This document shows positions 28,668 to 37,998 of a stretch of DNA of 53,292 nt, in pieces; the first letter of the stretch is position 1; every line of letters starts with the position of its first letter. Under the pieces are notes generated by a model, which saw only the letters and a list, made by a program, of their open reading frames with translations, was not told the origin of the DNA and did not search any database. The translations under genes were made by a program, and so were the position numbers. This DNA is from an uncultured Flavobacteriales bacterium (GTDB lineage Bacteria; Bacteroidota; Bacteroidia; Flavobacteriales_F; PHOS-HE28): the NCBI GenBank assembly GCA_937873385.1, contig CALMYC010000148.1:1-53292 (forward strand). Reading direction: 5' to 3'.

Positions 28668-29618
28668 TCACGGGCCAGTTGGGTCCACCCCCTTTCGGGG
28701 GTCGCGGGGGGGCTTTGCTATTCTGGGGGTTAGCTCATAGCCCATCAAGAGGACCAAAAATTTTGAAAAAAGCCAAAGCTGCACCGCAAGCACCACGCCG
28801 ATGGAGCCGTACAGGGCGTTGTAGTTGGTGACATTCGTAAAAACGAATGCCAAGGCCCTGGAGAGCAGGAAGATGAGCAGCACGGCGAGCACGGCACCCG
28901 GGGTGATCAGCTGGAAGCGGCGCTTTCCGGGGCTACCGGCGTGGTAGATGAGCGCCACGGCCATCAGCACCAACATCACCGAGGTGGCCCACCGCACGGT
29001 GACAAAGCCCGCGCTTTCCAGAAAGTGCAGGTGGCTGCCGTTGTCATGCATCAGGGACCGGCCCCAGGAAGTGATGGTGAGCACCGCGGTGGCCACCACG
29101 CACAGCACCGTGAGCAGGAACATCAGCAGCAGGCTGATCACGCGTTGCTTCCAGGGCCGGTACCAATCGGTGACATAGGTGCTGTGCCGGAAGCCCTGCA
29201 TGATGGCGTTGATGCTGTTGCTGGCGAGGAAAAGGCCGAAGATGAAACTGATGCTGAGCAGGGTGTTGTGCTTGCGCAGCACCAGGTCGTGCAGCATGCC
29301 CTCGATGAAATTGTACACCTCCTGGGGCAGCATGGAGTGGAATGCCCCGAGGAGTTTGACCTGGAAGTCGGGGACCGGGATCACCGGGATGAGCGTAAGC
29401 AGGGTGATGATGGCCGGGAAAAAGGCCAGGAACAGGCGGAAAGCGATCGCGGCGGCGCGTTCAACGAGGTTGCCCTGGAAGAGCGCATGGAAGAAAAAGC
29501 GGGAGATGTGGTACACGCTGAAGCCTCCGAAGCCGGGCAATACCACCCGTTGCATCAAGGCGATGATCCGGCGCACGGGCCGTGAGAACAGGATCTTGCG
29601 CACGGGCTTCACCGCCAT
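28668..29618 (-). CDS. YihY/BrkB (virulence factor BrkB) family membrane protein
   Basis: Start at ATG 29618 (MAVKPVRKILFSRPV), which is Met141 of ORF 28668..30038; the upstream part overlaps nadC. AAAIAFRLFLAFFPAIITLL and six TM segments are typical of YihY. Confidence 0.75.
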   Translation of the reverse strand: MAVKPVRKILFSRPVRRIIALMQRVVLPGFGGFSVYHISRFFFHALFQGNLVERAAAIAFRLFLAFFPAIITLLTLIPVIPVPDFQVKLLGAFHSMLPQEVYNFIEGMLHDLVLRKHNTLLSISFIFGLFLASNSINAIMQGFRHSTYVTDWYRPWKQRVISLLLMFLLTVLCVVATAVLTITSWGRSLMHDNGSHLHFLESAGFVTVRWATSVMLVLMAVALIYHAGSPGKRRFQLITPGAVLAVLLIFLLSRALAFVFTNVTNYNALYGSIGVVLAVQLWLFSKFLVLLMGYELTPRIAKPPRDPRKGVDPTGP

Positions 29619-30463
29619 CAGCCCATGGCTTTCAGGCTCATGTCCAAGCTGCCCGCCGAGTGGGTGAGGGCGCCCACGGAGATGAAGTCCACCCCGCATT
29701 CCGCATAGCCCCGCGCGGTTTTCAGGGTGATGCCCCCGCTGGCCTCCGTCTCGAAGCGCCCATTGATCAATTGGACGGCTTGGCGGAGCGTGGCCGTGTC
29801 GAAGTTGTCCAGCATGATGCGCTGCACGCCTCCTGCGGAAAGTACTTGGCCCACCTCGATGAGGTTGCGCGTTTCCACTTCGATGGGGATGCTCATGCCA
29901 CGCTCGCGCTGGTAGGCTTGCGCCCGCAGGATGGCCTGCGGAATGCCGCCTGCGAAATCGGCGTGGTTGTCCTTGATCATCATCATGTCGTGCAGGCCCA
30001 TGCGGTGGTTGTTGCCGCCGCCGATGCGAACGGCCCACTTTTCGATGATGCGCAGGCCGGGCGTGGTTTTGCGTGTGTCCAGCACGCGGCAGCCCGTTCC
30101 GTCAATGGCGTCCACGAAGGCGCGGGTGAGGGTGGCAATGCCGCTCATGCGCTGCATGAAATTCAGGATCACACGCTCCACCAGCAGGATGCTGCGGCTG
30201 CCCCCATTGAGGGTGAAGGCCACGTCCCCCGGGGCCACGCGTGCGCCGTCCTGAAGCAGTGGACGGAAGTGGAGCCCCTCGTCCATGCGTTCGCAAATGG
30301 CTTGGGCCAGTTCCAGGCCGGCAAGGATGCCCGTGGCCTTCACCAGCAAATGGGCCGCTCCTTTTGCATTTCCCGGAATGGTGGAAAGGGACGTGTGGTC
30401 ACCGCTGCCGACGTCCTCACGGAAGGCGCTGTCAATGATCTCTTCCGTACCGGGAGGCAGCAT
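29618..30463 (-). CDS. nadC: Nicotinate-nucleotide diphosphorylase (carboxylating)
   Basis: LDTRKTTPGLR, HRMGLHDMMMIKDNH and EASGGITL motifs. ATG at 30463 (the ORF track starts at TTG 30466). Confidence 0.9.
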   Translation of the reverse strand: MLPPGTEEIIDSAFREDVGSGDHTSLSTIPGNAKGAAHLLVKATGILAGLELAQAICERMDEGLHFRPLLQDGARVAPGDVAFTLNGGSRSILLVERVILNFMQRMSGIATLTRAFVDAIDGTGCRVLDTRKTTPGLRIIEKWAVRIGGGNNHRMGLHDMMMIKDNHADFAGGIPQAILRAQAYQRERGMSIPIEVETRNLIEVGQVLSAGGVQRIMLDNFDTATLRQAVQLINGRFETEASGGITLKTARGYAECGVDFISVGALTHSAGSLDMSLKAMG

Positions 30464-30861
30464 CAATGGTCCGTCTTTCCGGTTTCAATGCGCAACTGCT
30501 TCACTTGGTTGCCTTCCGGAGACTTCTTGAGGAAGAAAGTGACCCGGAAATCGCCATTGGCCGTGGCGAGCTTGCCAATGTAGTAGCTGTCCCCGGAACG
30601 GTTGTTGCCCTCATGCTCAATGGTGATCCCCTTGGGCTTGTGCTCATCGAAGAACTTGCGGAGCATCTGCTCCGCCTGGGCCTTGCTGTAGAAGTCACTG
30701 GCCGTGGGGAGGGTCATGTCCACATTGGCCACCATGAAGCGCGCCAAGGCAGCGGAATTGCCCGTGCCGATGGCAGCCGCCACTTGGTCCTTGCTGGCGC
30801 CTTGTGCCCGTACGCCCAGGAAGGTGAGCAGGAACAGGATCAAAATGGGCATCCTTTTCAT
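30463..30861 (-). CDS. DUF4783-like secreted protein
   Basis: Start at ATG 30861 (MKRMPILILFLLTFLGVRAQ signal peptide). YSKAQAEQMLRKFFDEHKP...YYIGKLATANGDFRVTFFLK fits the DUF4783 pattern. Its stop overlaps the nadC ATG by 1 nt. Confidence 0.55.
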   Translation of the reverse strand: MKRMPILILFLLTFLGVRAQGASKDQVAAAIGTGNSAALARFMVANVDMTLPTASDFYSKAQAEQMLRKFFDEHKPKGITIEHEGNNRSGDSYYIGKLATANGDFRVTFFLKKSPEGNQVKQLRIETGKTDH

Positions 30862-30950
30862 GGGGGAGAGTTGCATGTGCAGCAATTTTGCAAATAACGG
30901 GCCACATTTGGACCCGTGCAAGGCAAGGAGTTACGAACACAGGCAGGGGC

Positions 30951-31415
30951 ATGCGCATACGGTTGATCCTGGTAGGCCGCAGTGAACGCGGTTTTGTGGC
31001 CGACGGGTTGCGGCACTATGCCGAGCGCATCCAACGCATGGAAGCGCTGGAGGAGGTGGTGCTCCCTGAAGCGGGCAGGGGGGAGGTTCCCTGGCAGCAG
31101 CGCACGGAGAGTGAACGGGTCCTGGCGGCGTTGAGGATGGGAGAACGAGTGGTAGTGCTGGATGAACGTGGTGTACTGCTCACGAGTCCGGCTTTTGCGC
31201 AGCGCCTCGGAAATTGGCGGGACCAAGGAGTCCGCAACATCGCTTTTGTGATCGGCGGCGCCTACGGCATGACGGACGCTGTGCGCGAACGCGCCGACCT
31301 GGTGCTGTCGCTCTCACCGATGGTGTTCCCGCACCAGCTTGTGCGGGTGCTCTTTGCGGAGCAGCTGTACCGGGGGCTGAGCATTTTGAGGGGGACGGGG
31401 TACCATCATGGATGA
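30951..31415 (+). CDS. rlmH: 23S rRNA (pseudouridine1915-N3)-methyltransferase
   Basis: Start at ATG 30951 (MRIRLILVGR). VVLDERG, FVIGGAYG, LSLSPMVFPHQLVRVLFAEQLYR (SPOUT knot). Confidence 0.85.
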   Translation: MRIRLILVGRSERGFVADGLRHYAERIQRMEALEEVVLPEAGRGEVPWQQRTESERVLAALRMGERVVVLDERGVLLTSPAFAQRLGNWRDQGVRNIAFVIGGAYGMTDAVRERADLVLSLSPMVFPHQLVRVLFAEQLYRGLSILRGTGYHHG

Positions 31416-31510
31416 GGGAGGCAGGACAGGTCATCGAGCCGTGCAAATGCAGGTGCAACATGGATTTCACCACATGCCTTGGGGCGACAGGTGGAGTATG
31501 TTGGTGCGAG

Positions 31511-32254
31511 CTATGGGCTGAACCTGGCGTGTGCAATGATGGAACTGCCCGGCCAGTTGCCGGGCAGACACTTGTATTCCATGTACAAGCAGGATCCGAT
31601 TGCGTTGTGCAGCACGCTGTACAGGCCCTTGGAAGGGACATGGAATTCAATGCTTCGTTTGTTCGATAGCCGGAGCTGGGCACGGGCGGCCGGGTACAAG
31701 GCATGGAAGAAATAGCTTGAACGCATGATGCGGGCCCCGGCCGCCTCGATTTGGGCTTTCAGTCCAGGGCGGTCATACCGACGGTAGTGGCCGTTGAACT
31801 CATCAAAATTGCTGAACAGTTCCTGGCGCGCGGGCACGGTGATCACCAGGTTCACCAATGCCGGAAAGCCATTGCGAAGTTGGCGCAAGAACGCGACCGG
31901 GTCCTCGATGTGTTCGATCACGTCCAACAACAGGATGGTCCGCACCTGTTCCCGCATACTTGGGTCCAGGTCCAAGGCACTGCAGCCGGTATCCACGTAG
32001 GGTTCCAAGCCCGGCAAAGGACTGGTGTTGGCCAATTCCACACCCCGGACATCATAACCATGGCTTCTCAGGAAGGCCACGACCAATCCTTTTCCGCATC
32101 CCACCTCCAGCAAGGGCCCGACCTTGCCGAGGTGCCGCACCGTGTCATGGATCACCTTGTTGCGGCAAACATTCCAGTAGTGCCTTTCCACACCCTCCGG
32201 GTAGATGGATGAGAACTGGCGGGCATCGAAGGCCGTGTCCGTCCTGCCGGGCAT
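31511..32254 (-). CDS. Class I SAM-dependent methyltransferase
   Basis: 247 aa. LLEVGCGKGLVVAFL (motif I) and ILLLDVIEHIEDP. Starts 1 nt after the stop of the upstream GT2 gene. Confidence 0.75.
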   Translation of the reverse strand: MPGRTDTAFDARQFSSIYPEGVERHYWNVCRNKVIHDTVRHLGKVGPLLEVGCGKGLVVAFLRSHGYDVRGVELANTSPLPGLEPYVDTGCSALDLDPSMREQVRTILLLDVIEHIEDPVAFLRQLRNGFPALVNLVITVPARQELFSNFDEFNGHYRRYDRPGLKAQIEAAGARIMRSSYFFHALYPAARAQLRLSNKRSIEFHVPSKGLYSVLHNAIGSCLYMEYKCLPGNWPGSSIIAHARFSP

Positions 32255-32255
32255 T

Positions 32256-33221
32256 TCAGGCCGTGTCTTCGATGATGTAACGGGGCCGGTGCTTCACCTC
32301 CTTGTAGATCTTGCCCACATACTCGCCGATCACTCCGAGACTGATCATGTTGATGGCGGAGAACGTGGTGACCAACAGGGCCAAGCTTGCCCAGCCTTGG
32401 ATCGGGCTTCCGCTGAAAACGGCCCACAGCACCCAGCAGGCAATGCCGACGGCCAGTAGGGACATGGTCAATCCAGCGTAGAACACGGCCCTCAACGGTG
32501 TTGTACTGAAGGACGTAATGCCCTGCCATGCCAGGCTGGCCAGCTTGGCATAGGAATATTTGGATTCGCCGGCATGCCGTTCCAGTCGCTGGTAGTGTAC
32601 TTCGGCGGAGGGGTATCCGATCAGCGGGAACAAGCCCCGCAGGTAGAGGTTCACCTCCCCGAATTTTTCGAGGTCGGCCACTACGCGTGCATCGGCGCTC
32701 CGGAAATCTGCATGGCCCCGCACGGTGCGGCCGTTCATGCGGTGGATCAACCAGTAGTACAACTTGGCTGCGATGCGCTTGGGGAGTGCGTCCACGCTGC
32801 GGTCCAGCCTTACACCATAGACCACGCGCTTGCCTTCGTGGTGAAGTTCCAGCATACGCGCCAGGACGGAGACATCATCCTGCAGGTCGGCATCGATGGT
32901 GATGAGCACATCGGCCTGTGGGCGCTGCGTGAACAAGCCGGCCACGAGCGCATTGGGGTGGCCAAAATTTGCGCTCAGCTTGATGCCCTTCACGCGGCCG
33001 GTCTGCTTTGCCGCATCCACGATCTCGTTCCAAGTACCATCCCTGCTTCCATCATCCACGCAACAGAGGAAGCTGTCCACAGCGGCCAAGCCCCGGGCAG
33101 CCAAGGCATCAAGTTCGGCCAGCAGAACCTGGGCCGTATGGCCGATCACACCTTGCTCATTGTAACAGGGAATGATGACGCAGACCCGCAAAGGCTTGCG
33201 CAAGGGTTGGCTTTCCGGCAT
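32256..33221 (-). CDS. GT2 polyprenyl-phosphate glycosyltransferase (GtrB/ArnC/DPM1-like)
   Basis: Start at ATG 33221 (MPESQPL). VIIPCYNEQG, VDDGSRDGT, IDADLQDD, and two C-terminal TM helices. Confidence 0.8.
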   Translation of the reverse strand: MPESQPLRKPLRVCVIIPCYNEQGVIGHTAQVLLAELDALAARGLAAVDSFLCCVDDGSRDGTWNEIVDAAKQTGRVKGIKLSANFGHPNALVAGLFTQRPQADVLITIDADLQDDVSVLARMLELHHEGKRVVYGVRLDRSVDALPKRIAAKLYYWLIHRMNGRTVRGHADFRSADARVVADLEKFGEVNLYLRGLFPLIGYPSAEVHYQRLERHAGESKYSYAKLASLAWQGITSFSTTPLRAVFYAGLTMSLLAVGIACWVLWAVFSGSPIQGWASLALLVTTFSAINMISLGVIGEYVGKIYKEVKHRPRYIIEDTA

Positions 33222-33540
33222 GGTTGTCAGCTGTGCAAAGAAACGATACGGCTCTCCATGATGAACGGCATGCACAGGGCTTTTGCGTCATAAAGTTCCG
33301 TCAGGCAAGGGAGCGTTGTGCGACCCTTCAGGATCAAGCTTCCATTGATCAGGACCCTGTTACGCCGTCCTGCCCCGTTTGGGTCACATAGCGCAGAAAC
33401 CGCATCCAGCGCTGCTGACGCCCCTTGGGATGTCGGACACCAGGGGTGCCGCAACGTTGGTGATAGGACGCGATAGTCCTGACGGCAGGGAGGATGCTAA
33501 GGAATTTTTCCCCACTTTGCGCGGTTATTCACCTGGTTCA

Positions 33541-34983
33541 ATGGCGGGAAAGGGAAGTCGGGGTTCATGGCAGGAAGCGGTGGTCCGGTTCCTGGCCAAG
33601 AAGGAGGTGTTATGGACCTTGCTGGTGCTCAATGCGCTGGTGACGCTTGGGATACTCTGGGCCTCGCGGGGCACCATTCTGTCGGATACCTGGAGCTACC
33701 TCGGTTTGGCGGAGGGAATCCTGCATGGGCAGTACAGCATGTGGTGGCCGCTTGGCGATGGGTACCCGGACACCTTCCGCACACCTGGCTATCCCTTGTT
33801 TGTAGCGTTCTTCTTGGGTCTGTTCGGGAATTGGCATTCCGTACTGGTGGCGCAATTCATCCTGTACGCACTGAGCATATACCTGGCCTTGCGGACCATT
33901 GACCTGTCGGGAGGCGGCCGGGCGGCGCGCAGCGTATTCCTGATCATTCTGGTGCCCATGGTGAATGTGCCGTTCTACATTGGCCAGCTCTACACGGAGA
34001 TCCCGGTAATGGCGGCCATCGGCTTGGCCGTGTACTTGGCCGCACGGGACCGCGATTGGACGTGGAGGACCGCAGTGGCCATTGGCCTGCTCATGGGGTT
34101 CATTTTCCAATGCAGGCCGGCATTCCTGCTGTTTCCGGTGGCCTACGCAGCTTGTGCCCTTGTGTTGGACAGGCCGCATGCCCATGTGCGCGAACTGTTG
34201 CTCATGCTGGCCGTATTTGGTGCAACGCTTCTGCCTTTCGGCTTTTGGTCCTTGGCCAATCATGGCGTGTTCAAGGTCACCCCGCTGCAAGGGGCGGGCA
34301 GCTACATGCACTTGGGCTATTGGAGTGGAAAAACACCGGGCTACACGGACCATTTTTACTTGGGAAACTTCAATGGTGATGAAGTAATGCGCTTTACGCC
34401 GAAGGATTCCGTTCCGGCGAACATCCGTGCCTATGAGGAAGAGTGGAACTGGATCAATGGCCGGATCAACCCTTTGTTGACCGCCAAGGACACAGCCATG
34501 CGCGAGGCCCAGCACCGCCTCACCCATACCCACCCCACCTATAACACGGCGTACACCATGCTCCGGGAAAAATTGTTGATGGACAAGGCCGTGCAACACT
34601 ACCTGGATGACCCTTGGTACACGCTCGCGTTTAAAAGCTATTCCGCAGTGCGCCTGTGGGTGATCGGCATTCAAGTCGGGGAGTTCCGTTCGGCCTCAGC
34701 GGCGGGCAAACTGCAAATGCTATTTGCCACTTTGGGCACGGGGCTGGTCTTTCTGGTCTTCATCATTTTCGTTCCGTTGGCGTACTTGCGCGGTGTGCTT
34801 TCCGTTCGCACCACGTGGCCTATCCTATTGTACCTGGCGTACAGTACCGTGATTCACCTTCCGTTCACCATACAGTCGCGATACACCGTCCCTGTCCGCT
34901 TGCTGATGTTCATTCTAATGGCGATGGCGATCATGGGCTTGTTGATGAGGCCGACCAGTGGCTCCACGGACAACAAGGAGTGA
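33541..34983 (+). CDS. GT-C fold membrane glycosyltransferase (family 39, PMT_2/ArnT-like)
   Basis: ORF 33379..34983 begins at TTG; ATG 33541 is preferred. DTWSYLGLAEGILHGQY...FRTPGYPLFVAFFLG resembles the first periplasmic loop of PMT_2/ArnT. More than 10 TM segments. Confidence 0.6.
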   Translation: MAGKGSRGSWQEAVVRFLAKKEVLWTLLVLNALVTLGILWASRGTILSDTWSYLGLAEGILHGQYSMWWPLGDGYPDTFRTPGYPLFVAFFLGLFGNWHSVLVAQFILYALSIYLALRTIDLSGGGRAARSVFLIILVPMVNVPFYIGQLYTEIPVMAAIGLAVYLAARDRDWTWRTAVAIGLLMGFIFQCRPAFLLFPVAYAACALVLDRPHAHVRELLLMLAVFGATLLPFGFWSLANHGVFKVTPLQGAGSYMHLGYWSGKTPGYTDHFYLGNFNGDEVMRFTPKDSVPANIRAYEEEWNWINGRINPLLTAKDTAMREAQHRLTHTHPTYNTAYTMLREKLLMDKAVQHYLDDPWYTLAFKSYSAVRLWVIGIQVGEFRSASAAGKLQMLFATLGTGLVFLVFIIFVPLAYLRGVLSVRTTWPILLYLAYSTVIHLPFTIQSRYTVPVRLLMFILMAMAIMGLLMRPTSGSTDNKE

Positions 34984-35117
34984 TGCGAATGGGGCTCGGT
35001 TTCCACCGGGAGGTGCTTAGTTTTGGCCATGCTGCCCCGCATGGGATACCAGGAACCGGCCCGGCGGTAACCACATGCGGCGCTGACACGCGCCCCACCA
35101 ATCAGGGAACCTGAAGC

Positions 35118-36623
35118 ATGCTGCTTTTTTTTATGGAGTACCATGGGGATGTGGGCATTGCCCCATGGGAATACCTGCTCGGCATCATCTATGTGATGGT
35201 CATGTACCTGTATTTCTCCAGGAAGAAGAACATGAACATCAAGCTTCACCCGGAGTACAAGTATTACTTGCCCGGCCTGTTTGCGAAACTGGGGGGTGGG
35301 GCATTGTTCGCCTTGATCTACATGTATTACTATTCGGGAGGGGACACAACCGCCTATTTCTTTTCAGGGGTGGCCATGAAGTCCATGCTTTTCGAGGACC
35401 CCATTGAGTACATGAGGCAGGTATTCCTGGGCGACAACTCCATCCGGGCATTGCACCAATATGCTGCGATGCCGATGCGCCCGTATGAATATGTGTTCTC
35501 TGATGCCCGGACGTTCCAGGCATTGAGGGTGTCCAGCGTGTTGGCACTGTTGACATTCAATAGCTACCTGATCGCAACGCTGGTCATTGCAAGTCTGTCA
35601 TTCCTTGGGATATGGGCGTGTTACCGGACGTACGTGAGCTACTTCCCCGCCATTTCGGGGAAGTTGGCGATCGGATTCCTCTTCATGCCGTCCACGATCT
35701 TTTGGGGCTCGGGGATTTTGAAGGACACGTTCACGTTTTATGCCGTGTGTGTCTGGGTCCACGCGGTTGACGAGGTGTTCTTCAAGCGCAGGAACATTGC
35801 GAGCAGGGTGGTGCTCATGGCCTTCAGCGCAATGATCATGATCAAGGTGAAGCCATACATCTTCATGGTGATCATGCCCGCCACGCTGCTCTGGGTGCTG
35901 TACATGCGCGTGGTGCGCCTGCGCAACAGCCTTGTCCGGTTCGTGCTGGTGCCGGTGCTGGTGTTCAGCCTCGTCGGGCTCAGCATCTTCATTCTTTCCC
36001 GGATGGGCGACCTACTGGACAAGTTCGCATTGGACGAGGCGCTGGGAAGCATCACCAATGTGCAGAACGATATGGCCACCAACTCGAACTACGGGGATTA
36101 CAAGTTTGACGTGGGCCCGATGGACGGCACGTGGCAAGGTGTATTGAAGAAGTTCCCCGTTGCCACCAATGCAGCCCTTTTCCGCCCGTACCCTTGGGAA
36201 GTACGGAACGTGGTCACCGCGATGAGCGGCTTGGAGAACCTGTTCGTGCTTGGCCTGACGGTCTGGACGCTGTTGAGCGCAGGGGTGCGGTTCAGCCTGC
36301 GGTGCATTGCTTCCAATCCGCTGCTGTTGATGTCCATGACCTTTTCACTGCTGTTCGCCTTTGTGGTCGGCATCACCACGCCGAACTTTGGTGCACTGGT
36401 GAGGTTTAAAATACCCCTGATTCCTTTTTACATCAGCAGCCTTTACATCATCCTGTATTTCCATCAGTTGCGCAAGCAAGCCGAAGCCCGGGGCGAGGGG
36501 TTTGACCTGGCCAGGTTCCGGATGGGGGTGCCATACGTGCCAGGGAATGTGAAGAGCCGCGGCAAGTCACGGGCGGGCAGGGGAACAAGACCTGCATCGG
36601 CACCGCAATTTGCGGGGAGATGA
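35118..36623 (+). CDS. Uncharacterised polytopic membrane protein; candidate Wzy-type polymerase or ligase
   Basis: 501 aa, about 11 hydrophobic segments, with a ~60-aa loop (DEALGSITNVQNDMATNSNYGDYKFDVGPMDG) and a basic tail. No family recognised by eye. Sits between GT-C and GT4 genes. Confidence 0.35.
   Translation: MLLFFMEYHGDVGIAPWEYLLGIIYVMVMYLYFSRKKNMNIKLHPEYKYYLPGLFAKLGGGALFALIYMYYYSGGDTTAYFFSGVAMKSMLFEDPIEYMRQVFLGDNSIRALHQYAAMPMRPYEYVFSDARTFQALRVSSVLALLTFNSYLIATLVIASLSFLGIWACYRTYVSYFPAISGKLAIGFLFMPSTIFWGSGILKDTFTFYAVCVWVHAVDEVFFKRRNIASRVVLMAFSAMIMIKVKPYIFMVIMPATLLWVLYMRVVRLRNSLVRFVLVPVLVFSLVGLSIFILSRMGDLLDKFALDEALGSITNVQNDMATNSNYGDYKFDVGPMDGTWQGVLKKFPVATNAALFRPYPWEVRNVVTAMSGLENLFVLGLTVWTLLSAGVRFSLRCIASNPLLLMSMTFSLLFAFVVGITTPNFGALVRFKIPLIPFYISSLYIILYFHQLRKQAEARGEGFDLARFRMGVPYVPGNVKSRGKSRAGRGTRPASAPQFAGR
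35125..35132. repeat. T8 homopolymer immediately after ATG 35118 and before alternative ATG 35133
   Basis: atgctgc-tttttttt-atggag, counted directly. Confidence 0.9.
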
Positions 36624-37888
36624 AAAAGGGTGGCCCGCTGAATGTGCTTGTGATCACGTATTGGGACCGTGCCGACCCCCTCGTGGTCAATTACACGCTG
36701 CCGTACCTGCGCATCATGCAGCGCGTCTTGCCTGATGCCAGCAAGATCCATCTTGTTACGCTGGACAAGTCGCTGAAGCGGTCCAGGGCGGAAGTGGATG
36801 TTGATGGATTCGTGCACCATGCCTTTCCATACCGTGCATTCGGCCCAGCCGGTGTTTGGATGCTTCTTTCCCTCACCTGGTCACTGGTGCGGCTTGTGCG
36901 CCGGTGCCGCATTGATGTGGTGCATGCCTGGTGCACGCCGGCAGGAATGGTGGGATACCTGGTGTCCATGCTCACGGGGAAACCACTGGTGCTGGACAGC
37001 TTTGAACCACATGCGGAAGCCATGGTGGAGAATGGGACCTGGACGCGTGGAAGCATCGCCTTCCGAACACTATTTCTTTTTGAAAAATTGCAGGCGCGCC
37101 GTGCGGCAGCGGTCATTGCAGCCGTTGAGGGCATGCGCGAATATGGCAAGGTGAAATATGGCCACTGGATCGAACGGTTCTTTGTGAAGCCGGCCTGTGT
37201 GGACCTGGAACGGTTTGACCCCGGGTCCGTGCCGCGCGGGGCGGCACGAAAGGAATTGGGGCTGGAGGACCACGTGGTGGCGGTCTACGCCGGCAAATTC
37301 GGCGGAATTTACCTGGACCGGGAAGTGTTTGAACTGTTCCGAACGGCACGTGGCCACTGGGGAGCAAGCTTCCATGTGCTCCTCTTGACCGGGCACACCA
37401 GGGAGGAGTTGGAGCCTTGGATGAAGGAAGCCTCCCTTCCTCCCGAAATGTTCACTGTCCGCTGGGCGAGGCCGGAGGAAGTGCCCCGGCTGTTGGGCGT
37501 GGCGGATTGGGCGCTCACCCCGGTGAAGCCGGTGCCGACCAAGCGGTACTGCACGCCGATCAAGGATGGCGAGTACTGGGCCATGGGCCTGCCGGTCATG
37601 ATCACCTCGGGGATCTCCGATGATTCAGGGATCATTTCGCGGGACGGGGTGGGCAGCGTGATCGCCACCCTGGACCCGGCGGGCTATCAACGCGCCGTTG
37701 AGGAAATGGCGGCCTTGCTGGAAAGTCAGCCTGAAAAGGTGTTGTGCGCCAAGGTGCGTTCGGTGGCCGTGAAGTACCGGAACTTCGCCTTGGCGGAGGA
37801 GGTGTACCGGCAAGTCTACGGGGAGGAGCTGGCTGCACTGGCAGCATGGAAGGCGGGTGCATCCGGCGGTGGCATGAAAGATCCATGA
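36620..37888 (+). CDS. Glycosyltransferase family 4 (GT-B)
   Basis: 422 aa. ATGA overlap with the upstream gene. LNVLVITYW and PIKDGEYWAMGLPVMI (E-x7-E region). Confidence 0.7.
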   Translation: MKKGGPLNVLVITYWDRADPLVVNYTLPYLRIMQRVLPDASKIHLVTLDKSLKRSRAEVDVDGFVHHAFPYRAFGPAGVWMLLSLTWSLVRLVRRCRIDVVHAWCTPAGMVGYLVSMLTGKPLVLDSFEPHAEAMVENGTWTRGSIAFRTLFLFEKLQARRAAAVIAAVEGMREYGKVKYGHWIERFFVKPACVDLERFDPGSVPRGAARKELGLEDHVVAVYAGKFGGIYLDREVFELFRTARGHWGASFHVLLLTGHTREELEPWMKEASLPPEMFTVRWARPEEVPRLLGVADWALTPVKPVPTKRYCTPIKDGEYWAMGLPVMITSGISDDSGIISRDGVGSVIATLDPAGYQRAVEEMAALLESQPEKVLCAKVRSVAVKYRNFALAEEVYRQVYGEELAALAAWKAGASGGGMKDP

Positions 37889-37998
37889 AGGCCATACGGA
37901 TCAATGCCGCCGCCCCATGCGGACACCCGGCCCGGCTTGTGGGATGACCGGGCCCTGGAATGTAGTTCTGGGCCGGCAATTGGAGCCGGGACATGGCT

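Noticed and set aside
29619-30038. N-terminal 140-codon extension of the YihY ORF; similar extensions occur at 5314..5556 (msrA), 7097..7147 (helicase) and 48806..48970 (ddl)
   Set aside because: The extensions overlap neighbouring genes or are Arg/Pro/His-rich with no homology-like signal. Internal ATGs give canonical N-termini (signal peptide, lipobox or conserved motif).
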